Source: a virus (Duplodnaviria > Caudoviricetes). Taken from it: a DNA stretch of 45,131 nucleotides. The translations under genes and the position numbers were made by a program. Each line of letters opens with the position of its first letter. Position 1 is the stretch's first letter. This document shows, in pieces, positions 43,817-45,131 of this stretch. The notes below the pieces were generated by a model. That model had not been told where the DNA came from. It made no database searches and was given only the letters and a program-made list of their open reading frames with translations. The stretch lies in IMG/VR virus record IMGVR_UViG_3300048858_000066, positions 1-45,131 of that record, one strand, 5' to 3'.

Positions 43817-44493
43817 CAGGCGGCCTCCCCGGGGACTTCAACGTTGATCCGAGGCGTCTCTGGCACTGGACGGCGCATCAGCTTGTCCAGCGCGACGCCA
43901 TGGGCGACATCCTCAGTCCGAATGCCGCCACGAAAGGAGCGCAGCAGGCCCGCCTGTTCATCGGCTGTCCCCAGCGGGAGGCAGGCGCCATCGAGGCAGC
44001 GCGCGATCCAGCGGTGGAAGTCGCGCACCACCAGAACCTCCTCCTCTGCACGATCGCTCCAGGCGATATCATCGATGGCGCCGCCGATCGCGCGGGCCAT
44101 GCCGGTCAACCGGAGTGGCGCCCGCTTCAAGGCGCGATCCGGCCAGCAGATCAGATCGATGATGTCGGGCCCCTTCAGAGCACGCATGCCCAGCAGCTGC
44201 AGGCGGCTCGCCTCAGTCAGCTGCCAAGTATCGGGATCGCGCTCCAGCCACGCTGGATCCGCCTCGCCTTCAAAGGGATTGCCGCAGCGGATGGCCATCA
44301 CCAGACGGAAGTCCGCGGGCTGCGCGCTACGCCAGTCGCGCGGCTGCCAGTAGCCGTCTCCAGCCCTGGCGACCGGCAGCATTCCGAATGCGTCGCGGAA
44401 GAGCCACTGCCCCCGACCGAACAGCAGCCGCCATGCTTCAGACGGCATAAGCCGCTGCGCACGCCAGAAGAGGGCCGCCGGATCATTGATCAT
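43816..44493 (-). CDS. Conserved replication-region protein (possible degenerate primase domain)
   Basis: TGATG-coupled to helicase; DLICW...LTG...IG...LVV....WI..C..GAC pattern. Confidence 0.55.
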   Translation of the reverse strand: MINDPAALFWRAQRLMPSEAWRLLFGRGQWLFRDAFGMLPVARAGDGYWQPRDWRSAQPADFRLVMAIRCGNPFEGEADPAWLERDPDTWQLTEASRLQLLGMRALKGPDIIDLICWPDRALKRAPLRLTGMARAIGGAIDDIAWSDRAEEEVLVVRDFHRWIARCLDGACLPLGTADEQAGLLRSFRGGIRTEDVAHGVALDKLMRRPVPETPRINVEVPGEAA

Positions 44494-44692
44494 TAGCCGG
44501 CAGGCCGGAAGTTTCCTGCTCCGCGCGGCGGCGGCTGACGCTGTGCTCCAGCACGCCCTCCAGATGGGGGACCGCGACGCGCAGCCGAACGAAGAAGAGC
44601 CGCAGTTCCGGCATCACTCCGCCGGGATGGCGAAGTCCGAAGCCGAAGCCGGTGCCGAACGCCGCCATGATTTCGAAGCCAGTTTTTGACAC
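44483..44692 (-). CDS. Hypothetical protein
   Basis: GAGGA RBS; operon packing. Confidence 0.55.
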   Translation of the reverse strand: MSKTGFEIMAAFGTGFGFGLRHPGGVMPELRLFFVRLRVAVPHLEGVLEHSVSRRRAEQETSGLPANDQ

Positions 44693-44958
44693 AGTTCCTC
44701 CCGGCGGCTGCGAACCATGGAGAGGATTTCTTCCTCCACCAGAGGATCAGCAGCCATCAGATCGATGGCATGCGAGAGCTGGGGCAGGTTCCTGCCATCC
44801 AGCCAGTTCTTTGCTGCCCGTGGGTCGGCATTCCCGGCGCGCGCCGCGAGGCACTTCGCGCCGGCGCGCAAGGCTCCGTAGCGATCGCGCAGAAAACGGC
44901 TGAAGTGCTCCGCCACCCACTCAGAGCTAGGAAGATATGCGGACATTACTGGGTCCAT
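44614..44958 (-). CDS. HTH regulatory protein in CII-like position
   Basis: AKCLAARAGNADPRAAKNWLDGRNLP; start uncertain (44958/44946). Confidence 0.6.
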   Translation of the reverse strand: MDPVMSAYLPSSEWVAEHFSRFLRDRYGALRAGAKCLAARAGNADPRAAKNWLDGRNLPQLSHAIDLMAADPLVEEEILSMVRSRREELCQKLASKSWRRSAPASASDFAIPAE

Positions 44959-45131
44959 TTCAGGCCGAGGAATGCTCGGCTGCCTCTGGCATTGTTCCGA
45001 TCGCGATGACGGGAACAGTTGCCTTGGTGAGACGGCTGGAAGGCACCAACGGGGCAGCAAGGGGGTCGGGGGGGGGGGGGGGGGGGGGGGGGCCCGGCCC
45101 CCCCGAGGGGGGGGACGGGGGGGGCGCGGCG

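Larger units (their letters stand above)
1..45131. mobile_element. Near-complete temperate siphovirus-like phage-plasmid genome, circularly permuted, opened in the early operon just downstream of cro
   Basis: Full head, tail, lysis, packaging, replication and immunity modules plus parA/RHH/rep/hicAB. No integrase and no host housekeeping genes. The minus-strand cro at the left end logically continues into the minus-strand early/replication genes at the right end. Confidence 0.88.

Noticed and set aside
45061-45131. Poly-G / GC-only terminal tract as telomere or G-quadruplex
   Set aside because: It is at the contig end and low complexity; most likely a sequencing or assembly artefact at a G-rich break (the left end is also G-rich).

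Overview
The window appears to be a near-complete, circularly permuted genome (~45 kb, high GC) of a temperate long-tailed (siphovirus-like) phage of an alphaproteobacterium. The host call rests on a GTTC-N7-GTTC LexA box and gene content; Acetobacteraceae/Roseomonas-like is a guess. It looks like a phage-plasmid: I see no tyrosine or large serine integrase and no protelomerase, but there is a plasmid module (parA + RHH partner flanked by AACCAT repeat arrays, a wHTH Rep, hicAB). Left to right: cro/cI switch with four 17-bp operators; early operon (MarR, GcrA-like HTH, large ParB-domain protein, small-gene array with a repeated intergenic motif, divergent serine resolvase, MmcB-like nuclease); acyltransferase-3 moron; par/rep/hicAB; LexA-boxed orf-umuD-umuC cassette; and a structured non-coding region with an unannotated 29-aa hydrophobic ORF. 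The minus strand then carries lysis, tail, head and packaging genes (lambda-like terminase, portal and cos; ClpP-major capsid fusion; -1 frameshifted tail chaperone), a late regulator, an iteron-like lytic origin, and helicase/primase genes. Most notable: a UmuD lacking both catalytic residues, a repressor with no autocleavage domain plus a candidate SOS antirepressor, a three-way-junction RNA gating a small peptide, and a 616-aa enzyme-like gene beside the endolysin. All protein calls are by motif recognition; no searches were run.
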